Positions 18,428-27,520 of a DNA stretch of 56,980 nt are shown in pieces. Numbering within the stretch: the stretch's first letter is position 1; the number at the start of each line of letters is the position of its first letter. The notes below the pieces were generated by a model. The model was not told the DNA's origin and did not search any database. It worked only from the letters and a program-made list of their open reading frames with translations. The position numbers and the translations under genes were made by a program. This DNA comes from a virus: IMG/VR virus record IMGVR_UViG_3300025632_000018, positions 1 through 56,980 of that record, one strand, 5' to 3'.

Positions 18428-19948
18428 ATGGATAAAAGTTTAGACCAGGCTAAAAAAATAAAACTAAATGTTTCCAATATTCGTAGTGTTCTTATAAAAG
18501 GCAATAAGGATCAGAAAGAAATAAATTTGAGAAAAGAAAGATTATCTGCTAAACAAAAAAGTAAAGAAAAATTTAAAGAGAAAGAAAAAAAATTAGAATC
18601 TCCAATAAAATCTTCATTAAATAAAGTTAAGGAATCTGTAGGTTCTCCAACTGGTGGTAGTATTTTCGATAAACTTTTGGAATTTTTAGGATTGACTTTA
18701 TTGGGAATTATAGTTAATGCTGCTCCTATAATAATTGAAAAAGTTAAGGAAGTTTTTGATATTGTTGTGGAAGTATTTACTCCAATCCAAAGCACATTTA
18801 ATTTGATAGTTGGGTTTATGACTGGAGAAATTGATGACCCAAAATATGATGCAGATAAAAAAAGAGTTGATGGTGTAATTGAAAAGTTGAATAAACCGGG
18901 AGGTAAAGTTGATAAATTGATTAGTAAAACTGGATTATTAGAACCATATATCAGAAAGTTTACAAAAGCTTTGAATATGGGATCAAAAGGTGTTGTTCTT
19001 GCAAAACAAGGAGGTATGGAAGGATTTAAAGATACAAAAACTGGAAAATTTACAAAAAGACAATGGACAACTTCTGAAAGAAAATCATATGAATCATCAA
19101 AAATAACTAAAGTATCTGATGGAGAAATTGAAACATTACCAGAATCTTCCGGAGAAACCCCAATAAACAGTGATGATCCAAGTGTCAGGATTGATGATCA
19201 CCACCCAAGATCTCAGGCAGCTAGTCCTGGTGGATCAGGTAAACCATTTGAAGCAGGAACTAGATATAAAAATGGAAAAATCTTCCTACATTGGACTGCT
19301 GGAACCTATACGAGTACTTATGGCACATACCATACTATCTTTACTGGTGATGGTAAAGCTCATAGAAAAGCATCTTATGACACATTTAGAAACGGGCATA
19401 CTTGGGGTAGAAATGATGAAGGTGTTGCACTGAGTATAGCTGCTCTTGGTGACAAAACATCACAAGGTAGATGGCCGAGTAAAGATGATCATGGAAAATA
19501 TCCAATAAAATCAGTGCAAATACAATCTATGGCAGAAGAAATTGCAAGATTGGCAATTGCATGGGACTGGAAAAAAAGTGATATAAAATTGGGGAGAGTT
19601 TATACTCACGCAGAAATTGCTAGGGAAGAGAATCCTCCATATGGTCCGAACTCTCGTGACCCACAGACAAAATGGGATTTATGGAATTTAAAATCAGGTG
19701 CGCCAGAGTGGTCAGGTGGACCAGAAATTAGAGGTCTTGCTAAAAAATATTATGATAAAATGAAATCTACAGTAGCAACAGGTGAAGGAGGATCTATTAA
19801 TATGTTTACACAAGCAAGACCAGACGAAAGAAAAATGGCAGCAATTAATCAACCAATGTACGAAGATGAAGAAGAAATTATAAATGTTTATATACAACCA
19901 ATAAATAATAAAAGAACAGTATATAATTATCAACCAATACCGGTATAA
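18428..19948 (+). CDS. Hub/tail protein, paralog 3, with N-acetylmuramoyl-L-alanine amidase (Amidase_2-like) domain
   Basis: IFLHWTAG, YHTIF, HTWGRN, VYTHAE. Confidence 0.7.
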   Translation: MDKSLDQAKKIKLNVSNIRSVLIKGNKDQKEINLRKERLSAKQKSKEKFKEKEKKLESPIKSSLNKVKESVGSPTGGSIFDKLLEFLGLTLLGIIVNAAPIIIEKVKEVFDIVVEVFTPIQSTFNLIVGFMTGEIDDPKYDADKKRVDGVIEKLNKPGGKVDKLISKTGLLEPYIRKFTKALNMGSKGVVLAKQGGMEGFKDTKTGKFTKRQWTTSERKSYESSKITKVSDGEIETLPESSGETPINSDDPSVRIDDHHPRSQAASPGGSGKPFEAGTRYKNGKIFLHWTAGTYTSTYGTYHTIFTGDGKAHRKASYDTFRNGHTWGRNDEGVALSIAALGDKTSQGRWPSKDDHGKYPIKSVQIQSMAEEIARLAIAWDWKKSDIKLGRVYTHAEIAREENPPYGPNSRDPQTKWDLWNLKSGAPEWSGGPEIRGLAKKYYDKMKSTVATGEGGSINMFTQARPDERKMAAINQPMYEDEEEIINVYIQPINNKRTVYNYQPIPV

Positions 19949-19977
19949 TCTTTCTAAGGAGTATGAATATAAAATAA

Positions 19978-21270
19978 ATGGCAAACCCAGCAGTCGCATC
20001 AAAATATCAAAAATTTGAAATTAGTAAGAAAGGAAGATCCTTTCCACTTCAATCTAAAGTTACGAGTTTTGATTATTATGAAAGTTTATTATCTCCTAAT
20101 ATTACCGCCACGGTATCATATGTGGATACTGGATTAGTTGAGGTAGATCAAAATGTTGCGACCTATGATAAGGAGTATGATAAACAAGAAAGACCCGGAA
20201 CATTATATAATACACTTCCAATTGTTGGTGATGGATCTGAAGAAATTAGATTTAAAATATCATCGGCACTTGGAACATTAGATTTTTCAACAACTCCATT
20301 ATATGTAAATGGTTCCATCAATCCAGATCAAGATTCAAATCGTGAGTCTGTCATTCTAAGTCTTGTTTCTAAATCTGCGATTAAAAATCAAGAAACCTTT
20401 GTGAAGAAAAATTATTCGAAGTCAACCAATAATACACAATCGGTTGAATTGATTGTACGTGATTTATTGGATATTGACAAATTTTATGCGGAGAAAACTT
20501 CGAATAAGTATCCGTTTATAGGCAATAATAAATCACCATTTGATGTGATTTGTATGTTAGCATCAAAATCTGCCCCAGAAAATGGAAATCCTGGATTTTT
20601 CTTTTATGAGACTCGTGACGGACACTATTTTAAATCAATTGATACTTTGATTGAGCAAAAACCGGTCGCAATTTATTTCCGCAATGATTTCAATAGAAGT
20701 AGTGTGAGTGATAATTCAAATGATTTTAAAATTTTATCTTTTAGTATTATTAAAAATCAAAATCTAATCAATGCACTAAAATCTGGTGTGTATTCAAATC
20801 GTAGGTGTGTATTTAATCCCAAAACTTTCCTATTAGAAGAAAAACAATTTAATATAGGACCTTTAAAAAAATCACTAGGTAAAAATGAAGCACCGACACC
20901 ACAAGATAAAAAGCATACTAGAACACTATTCAGTATAAAAGATGTTGGTTGTCTTTCCTCAAAGGTAGAAGAAAGTGATGAAGGTGATGTGAATAGTTAT
21001 CAAGGTTCTGTTCAAATGAGATATAATTTATTGTTTACACAGATGGTAAAAATGCAAGTTCCTTGCAATCCAAATCTTAAGGCAGGTGATATTGTTAAGT
21101 GTAATTTAGAAATTATTACTCCGGGAGAAAAGGAGCAAGGTTCAGTTGATCCTGTAGAGAGTGGTAATTATATGATTTTAGATTTATGTCATCATTATGA
21201 TCCCCAAAGATCATTTAGTGCAATGACTCTTGTTCGTGATACATACGGTCTATATACAGGTAAAAACTAG
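19978..21270 (+). CDS. Baseplate hub protein (gp27-like)
   Basis: FDYYESLLSP, FFFYETRDG, PCNPNLKAGD, YMILDLCHH; directly upstream of gp5. Confidence 0.6.
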   Translation: MANPAVASKYQKFEISKKGRSFPLQSKVTSFDYYESLLSPNITATVSYVDTGLVEVDQNVATYDKEYDKQERPGTLYNTLPIVGDGSEEIRFKISSALGTLDFSTTPLYVNGSINPDQDSNRESVILSLVSKSAIKNQETFVKKNYSKSTNNTQSVELIVRDLLDIDKFYAEKTSNKYPFIGNNKSPFDVICMLASKSAPENGNPGFFFYETRDGHYFKSIDTLIEQKPVAIYFRNDFNRSSVSDNSNDFKILSFSIIKNQNLINALKSGVYSNRRCVFNPKTFLLEEKQFNIGPLKKSLGKNEAPTPQDKKHTRTLFSIKDVGCLSSKVEESDEGDVNSYQGSVQMRYNLLFTQMVKMQVPCNPNLKAGDIVKCNLEIITPGEKEQGSVDPVESGNYMILDLCHHYDPQRSFSAMTLVRDTYGLYTGKN

Positions 21271-21272
21271 AA

Positions 21273-21779
21273 ATGGCAAATAATACTGGATATGATTTTG
21301 GTAATAATAAATGGTTTTTAGGACAAGTTCCTCCTGAAAGTAATCAACACTATGGAGTTGAATGGCATGATCAGCATGGAGATAGGGTAAAAGTTAGAAT
21401 ACCCGGAATGCATCCGATGAGAAGTAATGATGATGCATATGAACTTCTTGATAAGGATCTTCCTTGGGCAATTGTTGCAAAACCAACAACACATGGAAAT
21501 CGTAACTATCAAAGTTCGGGAATTTGGGGTGGAGAATGGGTAATTGGATTTTTTATGGATGAAGATTGTCAGATTCCGGTGATTACACAAGTTTTATCTA
21601 ATCATGACCCTGGTAAAATTAAAAAATCGACGAATGGAACAACATTAGGACAATCTGTAAGCAGGTATACTCTTGGAAATCCTCCATTCAATGCTCATAT
21701 CTTATCTCCAAGTGTTCCGAGATCGATGATGACAAAGTTTGATTTGGATAAAAACTTTTTTGATGGTGCCAAAAAGTGA
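21273..21779 (+). CDS. gp5: gp5 N-terminal OB-fold module
   Basis: WFLGQV, RVKVRIPGMH, LPWA, GEWVIGFFMD. Confidence 0.75.
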   Translation: MANNTGYDFGNNKWFLGQVPPESNQHYGVEWHDQHGDRVKVRIPGMHPMRSNDDAYELLDKDLPWAIVAKPTTHGNRNYQSSGIWGGEWVIGFFMDEDCQIPVITQVLSNHDPGKIKKSTNGTTLGQSVSRYTLGNPPFNAHILSPSVPRSMMTKFDLDKNFFDGAKK

Positions 21780-21811
21780 ATAAATATCAGGATAAGGAGG
21801 CAAAATTATAG

Positions 21812-24349
21812 ATGGCATATACTGAAAGAGAACTTTTTATAAGAACAGTTGCCGCAGAATCTAGAGGTGAAGATTTAATAGGACAGGCTCTTGTTGCTAG
21901 AATTATATTAAATCGTGCTGGACTTATACAAAGTGGTGCTGTCGGAAAGGGGACCTTTCTAGCAAATGATGCCAGTATAACCGGAGTCATTTATGGAAAA
22001 AATCAATTTCAAGTTGTTAGTGATGGATCAATTAATAATAATTTTTCGCAGGTAGAACTTGATAATGCAGAAAAAGCAATTGCTATTGCTGAAAATCGGT
22101 CAGACTTAAGAGGTAGACTAGAAGCAAGAAATACACCTCCGAATGAGATCAACAGTGCGATGGCATCGACTGGTTTTAGAACTGGTTCAGCATTTAATGA
22201 CCCATCTCAAAATATAAACGTAACTAAATTTGGAAATCATTATTTTAATACTGCTGGAAATAGTAATTTACAGATACCTAATGCAACTGTAAAAACAACA
22301 GAAAGTCCAGGATCAACTCAATCTTCTGCACCTGTTGAGACAGCAAAAGATCCTGCAACAAAAGCAACCACCACAAGTGATAACCCTGTGCCGGTCCCGG
22401 ACAAGGATTTGGAATTTAATAATCCATATTTTCAACTTGATAATGAACGACTTGATGCAGAAATAGAAGCAAATAGAAAACAGATTGCTGAATTAAATGA
22501 AAAATCTTCCGATCTTTGGACGGATGAAGAGAAAGAAAAATATAAAATGTTATCTGCCGAAACAGATGCATTATTTGCAGCAAAATTTGGTAATGATTTG
22601 CAAGAACAGGCAGATGCTGACGGGTGCGTGGCAAGAGAAACTCCGTTAGGAATGACTTTTAAAAATACTCCTGCATGTGAAAAACTTTTTAATAGTGTTG
22701 CATTTAGAGATGCAATCACAAGAATGCAGACAGAAAGAGATCTGCCAGATCCTTGTGGGACATCAGAGATGTCTAAAATCAATACACAACTACAAAAGTT
22801 TTTCACAGTCCTAAAAGGAATCAAAAAATATGCCGATTTATATGTAAACGGAACTATTAATAAGATACAAAATCTTACGGCACTTATTAGAAGCACATCT
22901 CAAATTATTGGTGCAGTTCTCAAAATTCTTGTTAATCGACTACGAGATTTCTTAATTGATAAAATTAGAGCAGGTATTGAAGATCTTATTCATATGATTC
23001 TTCCTACAGTATTAAAATCAATTAAAAATACTATTATTCAAACTGTAATAGACAATATTTTCTGTGCATTTAAAGATGTTATTTCTAATCTTGCAAATCT
23101 TGTTGGGGACTTCTTATTTGAAATGATTGGAAAAATTGTTAATGTTCCTTTCTGTGCCGCACAACAATTTACTAATGCACTTGTAAATAATGTTGCAGCA
23201 ATCGTTGATCAAGCAGTTGGCCCAATCTTAGATCAGATTAATGATGTTCTTGGTGGAGTTACAAAAATTATTGGTAACGTATTCCAGGCACTTGACTACA
23301 TTTTAGGATTTGAAGCATTCTTATGTGCAAAACCAAATTGTCCCGAGATCAAAAAGTTTAAGGCAAGTCCTTGGGGTGGACCATCTCAATCTCAGATTGA
23401 TGACTTTGCAGGATTCTTAAGTCCACCATCAGCAGGAGATCTGATTGAAGATGCGACAAAGTTTATTGATGGAATTGAAATCTTTGGAAAACCTCTTGGA
23501 GATTCGGCAGGAACTATTCCGTCAGACATCACTAAATGTGACCCAAGTGCTTATAAATGTGGACCACCAAGCATTGAAATCTTTGGTGGTGGAGGAGTAG
23601 GTGCAGTTGCCGAAGCTGTTGTAGATAATATTGGAAGAACAATCGGTGTAAATCTTATAAATGGTGGTTCTGGATATACAAGACCTCCATTTGTGTCTTT
23701 TGTTGATGGTTGCGAAGATACATTTACTAGTGGATATTCAGTAATTAGTGAATCTGGTGGAACCGGAACTGGAACTGGTGGAACCGGAACTGGAACTGGA
23801 ACTGGTGGAACCGGAACTGGAACTGGTGGAACCGGAACTGGAACTGGAACTGGTGGAGAAGTTATTGATATAATACTTACAACAACACCAGTTGCACCAC
23901 CAACAGACGGTAGAACTGAATTTGATCCTCCATCAGATACTGGTCAACCGAGTGGAAATGATTTTGTTGTTTGTTTAGAAGGGTTTAGAATTTTGGATAC
24001 TGGTATAGGATATACTACAAATGATAATATTATAATTACTCCAGATATTCCAGGACTTGAGGCAACTGTTCAAATGACCGAGTTTGGACAAATTGTCAGT
24101 ATCCAAATCGGAACAAATGCATGTGGTCTTCCAGGGTATCCAGATATTGAAATAAATAGTCCAACAGGTGAAGGAGCTATTATTGAACCAATACTATCAT
24201 TCACTCGTGTTTCAGACTTTGATGAGTCTGCAGATGATGTCCAACTATCACTAGATGGACCAATTGATACATTAAGAGGAAGAAGTGTGTTAGTAGAAAG
24301 AGGATTTACAAGAAAAGATCTTGTCCGTGTTGTTGATTGTGTGAGTTAA
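21812..24349 (+). CDS. SleB-like cell-wall hydrolase fused to gp5-associated baseplate domains
   Basis: RTVAAESRGE...ALVARIILNR...NQFQVV...FGNHYF, then a helical domain and GGSGY.. repeats. Confidence 0.7.
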   Translation: MAYTERELFIRTVAAESRGEDLIGQALVARIILNRAGLIQSGAVGKGTFLANDASITGVIYGKNQFQVVSDGSINNNFSQVELDNAEKAIAIAENRSDLRGRLEARNTPPNEINSAMASTGFRTGSAFNDPSQNINVTKFGNHYFNTAGNSNLQIPNATVKTTESPGSTQSSAPVETAKDPATKATTTSDNPVPVPDKDLEFNNPYFQLDNERLDAEIEANRKQIAELNEKSSDLWTDEEKEKYKMLSAETDALFAAKFGNDLQEQADADGCVARETPLGMTFKNTPACEKLFNSVAFRDAITRMQTERDLPDPCGTSEMSKINTQLQKFFTVLKGIKKYADLYVNGTINKIQNLTALIRSTSQIIGAVLKILVNRLRDFLIDKIRAGIEDLIHMILPTVLKSIKNTIIQTVIDNIFCAFKDVISNLANLVGDFLFEMIGKIVNVPFCAAQQFTNALVNNVAAIVDQAVGPILDQINDVLGGVTKIIGNVFQALDYILGFEAFLCAKPNCPEIKKFKASPWGGPSQSQIDDFAGFLSPPSAGDLIEDATKFIDGIEIFGKPLGDSAGTIPSDITKCDPSAYKCGPPSIEIFGGGGVGAVAEAVVDNIGRTIGVNLINGGSGYTRPPFVSFVDGCEDTFTSGYSVISESGGTGTGTGGTGTGTGTGGTGTGTGGTGTGTGTGGEVIDIILTTTPVAPPTDGRTEFDPPSDTGQPSGNDFVVCLEGFRILDTGIGYTTNDNIIITPDIPGLEATVQMTEFGQIVSIQIGTNACGLPGYPDIEINSPTGEGAIIEPILSFTRVSDFDESADDVQLSLDGPIDTLRGRSVLVERGFTRKDLVRVVDCVS
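23756..23857 (+). repeat. In-frame tandem repeat encoding (GGTGTGT)n
   Basis: Units of 21 and 27 nt built from GGTGGA/ACCGGA/ACTGGA. Confidence 0.9.
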
Positions 24350-24952
24350 ATGGTAAAACCAACAAACCCAGAAGTTATTGTTTCAGATAACCCATTTGGC
24401 ACCATTATTATGGGTCCGGTTGGTGAGCAAGATAAAGTTGGTGAAGACATTGACACCAATAAAATTGAGATGCTGAAAAGTGGATATTGTCAGATACATA
24501 GTCTCAATGGAAGTAATACGCAAATTGTTCCTGGTTGTTCTCATGAAATTTTAGGAACTAATCTTGCTCAGGGAAGAAATGAAGACGAAAAAGAGAATGT
24601 TGCCAAGTCAATTGTATGTGAAAATGGTGATATTGTATTAGATGCCGCAAACGGAAATATCAAACTAATTGCAAAAAATATATACATTGAAACTGTTGGT
24701 GATAAGAGTGACGGATCAATCCTAATCAAGGCAAATGATCACATTACAATGAAAGCAGATGAACAACTCAATCTTGCCGGTGGTAAGGTTTGTGTAACAT
24801 CTGCCGATAGTATAACTCTAAATGCAAAGGGTTATTTGAGGTTATTATATGCCGATGTTATTCAGGGTTCGCCACTTTCAGGAATACTAGGCACATTTAT
24901 TCCTGGTCCCGTTGCCGACTTAATTACAGATATTGCGGAGACTTGTAAATAA
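24350..24952 (+). CDS. gp5 C-terminal / needle-like baseplate protein
   Basis: Beta-helix-like IxLxAxNxIxL repeats; downstream of the gp5 fragments. Confidence 0.5.
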   Translation: MVKPTNPEVIVSDNPFGTIIMGPVGEQDKVGEDIDTNKIEMLKSGYCQIHSLNGSNTQIVPGCSHEILGTNLAQGRNEDEKENVAKSIVCENGDIVLDAANGNIKLIAKNIYIETVGDKSDGSILIKANDHITMKADEQLNLAGGKVCVTSADSITLNAKGYLRLLYADVIQGSPLSGILGTFIPGPVADLITDIAETCK

Positions 24953-25767
24953 TGGCTTTTCAAAGTTTAGATAGTGGAACTGTAGATGTAATCCATCCTA
25001 TATTAGGAAGTGCATTAAATATACCAAAAGGTTTTTGGGAACCGGGATCAATTGCGGCACATAAGGGACACTTTGGACAAGGTGCATTAACAGTTCCTTT
25101 TAGTGCTGCACTTGTAGCAGGACCATCATTAACATCACCATTAAGTTTCAATTCTATTGGTCTTGATGTTCATACTGGTGTATGGAATACATTAGGAACA
25201 GATGTGAGACTTGGAACTGATGTTTCAATTGGACCATTGACTGTTGATTATAGTGCCATTTTTTCCGAATTAAATGGTCTCAAATCTTCGGTTACTCCAG
25301 ATTGGGGAGCTACAGCACCTATTATTAAGAGTAATGGAGCAAGCATTTTTCAAAATAGTCCATTTGGAAATCTAAATGGATTTTGGATGTATAATGGTTC
25401 ATTTGTTTCAACTGGACCACATACATCCGATATAAGACTCAAGAAGAATATAGAACCATTGACAAATGGTCTGGATAAGATTATGAAGTTGAATCCAGTG
25501 ACCTTTGACTGGGATGAAACAATTGTTCCAGATCTTGCCGGAAAATATCCACATATGGTTGGATTGATTGCACAAGAAGTTGAGGAAGTTGTGCCAGAAG
25601 TCGTTTATAAAACGATGGTAAATAGTGTCAAAGATGGAAAAGAAAAGGGACGAATTTATAAAAGAGTTCTTTATGAAAATTTAGTTGCTCATTTGATTGA
25701 TGGGATGAAAGAACAACAAAAACAAATTGAAGAATTGAAACAACGAGTATCTGAATTGGAGAATTGA
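24952..25767 (+). CDS. Structural protein with C-terminal peptidase S74 intramolecular chaperone
   Basis: HTSDIRLKKNIEPL, LNPVTFDW, GLIAQEVEEV, terminal coiled coil. Confidence 0.75.
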   Translation: MAFQSLDSGTVDVIHPILGSALNIPKGFWEPGSIAAHKGHFGQGALTVPFSAALVAGPSLTSPLSFNSIGLDVHTGVWNTLGTDVRLGTDVSIGPLTVDYSAIFSELNGLKSSVTPDWGATAPIIKSNGASIFQNSPFGNLNGFWMYNGSFVSTGPHTSDIRLKKNIEPLTNGLDKIMKLNPVTFDWDETIVPDLAGKYPHMVGLIAQEVEEVVPEVVYKTMVNSVKDGKEKGRIYKRVLYENLVAHLIDGMKEQQKQIEELKQRVSELEN

Positions 25768-26849
25768 AGATGGATGAATCATTAAGGAATAGAGCAAGAG
25801 AAGTCTTTGAGAAAGATCAAAAGCAACTAGATGATGCATTTGAACCATCATCTGATGTGAAAGCAGTTGGAATTGTCTCCTCAATAACTATTACAGAAAA
25901 TGCTGACGGAACATATACAAAGACTGTAAAAGAAGAAAAAGCAGAAGATCTTTATTTTGATGATAGTGTTGTAGGAAAGGCTGAGAATCAAATAAAAGAA
26001 GATGCCGAAACACTTCAAGAATTCTGTAAAGAATTTGATGATCAAATTATTTCTTATAATGCCGAAATTAATGCAAAAAAACAAGAAATAGTAACCTTAT
26101 CTGCAGAAGCACTCGAACGTAATTGTTGGTCAGGTATTGTTTATACTGCAACTACTACGGGAGGAGTAATAGCAAGTACAGGTGTCGGTGCCACTACAGA
26201 AAATGTTGGAAATTATACTCTTATTGAAGATCGAGATGCACTTGAGATCTATAAAAAAATGGCAGGTCCAAATTTAGATTATGGTGCAGAAAATCCATTT
26301 GATCCAACCAGTATTGTAACTTTAACCTCTTCTTACTCTGGATTTGGACATGAAAATATTCGAGATAATGGAAAAACTGTATCTAGTGATAATACTACAG
26401 AAGTGAGTGCAGATGATTATAATGTTGGAGGGGGAGGAGATGGCAGTAAAGAATATCTTACAAATTTTGAAACCTCCCCTACAGTAGGATCAGGTCAAAA
26501 TGTATCATCAACATCTTCAAATCATATTGGTCCAAGAAACGTAGGTCCATTTAGTGCCTATGCTGGTGTTGGTGTTGCACCATATGCGACTAATACATCA
26601 CTGACGGGAACTGCTGGTGCAAATAAATGTGTTGCTATTGCAAATTCTATTTCAACATTATCGTCAGAAATCACATCTCTCCGAACTCAAAGAGATGCTG
26701 CTGTTAATAGATCAAATCTCAATAAGGTAAAAGAAAAGAAGATGGAAAAAGAGTTGCAAAACTGGGGATCGAATAACGTTAAATCAAAACAAACTCAAAG
26801 AAAAACCTCAAATGCAGACGTAATTTCTGCCGTAGACGCAATGATTTGA
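25764..26849 (+). CDS. Hypothetical structural protein
   Basis: 361-aa ORF at the end of the late tail operon. Confidence 0.6.
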   Translation: MKMDESLRNRAREVFEKDQKQLDDAFEPSSDVKAVGIVSSITITENADGTYTKTVKEEKAEDLYFDDSVVGKAENQIKEDAETLQEFCKEFDDQIISYNAEINAKKQEIVTLSAEALERNCWSGIVYTATTTGGVIASTGVGATTENVGNYTLIEDRDALEIYKKMAGPNLDYGAENPFDPTSIVTLTSSYSGFGHENIRDNGKTVSSDNTTEVSADDYNVGGGGDGSKEYLTNFETSPTVGSGQNVSSTSSNHIGPRNVGPFSAYAGVGVAPYATNTSLTGTAGANKCVAIANSISTLSSEITSLRTQRDAAVNRSNLNKVKEKKMEKELQNWGSNNVKSKQTQRKTSNADVISAVDAMI

Positions 26850-26870
26850 CCACTTCCCCGACTGGCACAC

Positions 26871-26899
26871 TTGACACCGGCACTCAGATGCCTTATAAT
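26871..26899 (+). promoter_or_regulatory. Sigma70-like early promoter with upstream ACTGGCAC motif
   Basis: TTGACA-17 nt-TATAAT. Confidence 0.8.
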
Positions 26900-26923
26900 A
26901 ACAAGGTAAGCAACCAAGGCACC

Positions 26924-27112
26924 ATGCAAGACGAGTTTCTCACACGTTGTGTTGTAGACCCCACCAAACGCACAATCTACATCTATTCCAGTGAAGGAGA
27001 CACCAAAGAAATTGTTTGTGATACTGTAGATCAGTTCATGAATGTTCTTGAGGTCATCCGTAATACTTGTCCAGAAGATGCCTTGGTTTATGCAGAACCA
27101 CTGGAGGTGTAA
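26924..27112 (+). CDS. Small hypothetical protein
   Basis: ATG 26924 lies after the promoter; the tracked start at 26846 precedes it. Confidence 0.7.
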   Translation: MQDEFLTRCVVDPTKRTIYIYSSEGDTKEIVCDTVDQFMNVLEVIRNTCPEDALVYAEPLEV

Positions 27113-27286
27113 ATGGAGATTTTTACCCTGAAAGAATGGGAAGACAATTTTGATGAACTCTTAGAAAGAGTCGAAAACGGTGAAACCATAGGTATTGTAA
27201 GAGAAGATGGTAAGGCAGCAGTCATGATGCCTGCAGATGATGAACTAATACGAATACACACTGAGAACAATAACGAAGCTCAGTAG
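27113..27286 (+). CDS. Phd/YefM antitoxin-like protein (57 aa)
   Basis: EWEDNFDELLERVENGETIGIVREDGKAAVMMP resembles the Phd/YefM core; below the ORF-track cutoff. Confidence 0.55.
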   Translation: MEIFTLKEWEDNFDELLERVENGETIGIVREDGKAAVMMPADDELIRIHTENNNEAQ

Positions 27287-27296
27287 TTCATCATCA

Positions 27297-27368
27297 GGGA
27301 GTGTCGCATAATGGTTAATGCGCCCTGCTTATAACGGGGTCATCCGAGTTCAATTCTCGGCATTCCTA
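27297..27368 (+). tRNA. tRNA-Ile(UAU)
   Basis: Acceptor GGGAGTG/CATTCCT, anticodon arm CCCTG-CT TAT AA-CGGGG, T arm CCGAG-TTCAATT-CTCGG. Confidence 0.85.
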
Positions 27369-27370
27369 TT

Positions 27371-27443
27371 AGTGTAGTTGTGATGTAAGAAAACACGCCT
27401 CTTCGGAGAGTATTGCAGGTATCAAACCCTGTCATCTACACTA
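27371..27443 (+). ncRNA. tRNA-like cloverleaf lacking an anticodon loop
   Basis: Closing stem AGTGTAG/CTACACT+A with three internal hairpins; the middle one is CTC-TTCG-GAG. Confidence 0.5.
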
Positions 27444-27446
27444 TCT

Positions 27447-27519
27447 GCTTCCTTAGCAATCTGGTGAATGCAGCAAACTCATAATTTGCCTAAGGAGAGT
27501 TCGATCCTCTCAGGAAGCA
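27447..27519 (+). tRNA. tRNA with CAU anticodon (Met or Ile2)
   Basis: GCTTCCT/AGGAAGC, GCAAA-CT CAT AA-TTTGC, GAGAG-TTCGATC-CTCTC. Confidence 0.9.
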
Positions 27520-27520
27520 T

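Noticed and set aside
21779-21812. Programmed frameshift or intron joining the gp5 halves
   Set aside because: The second ORF has its own SD and late-promoter-like motif; no slippery site or intron core is evident.
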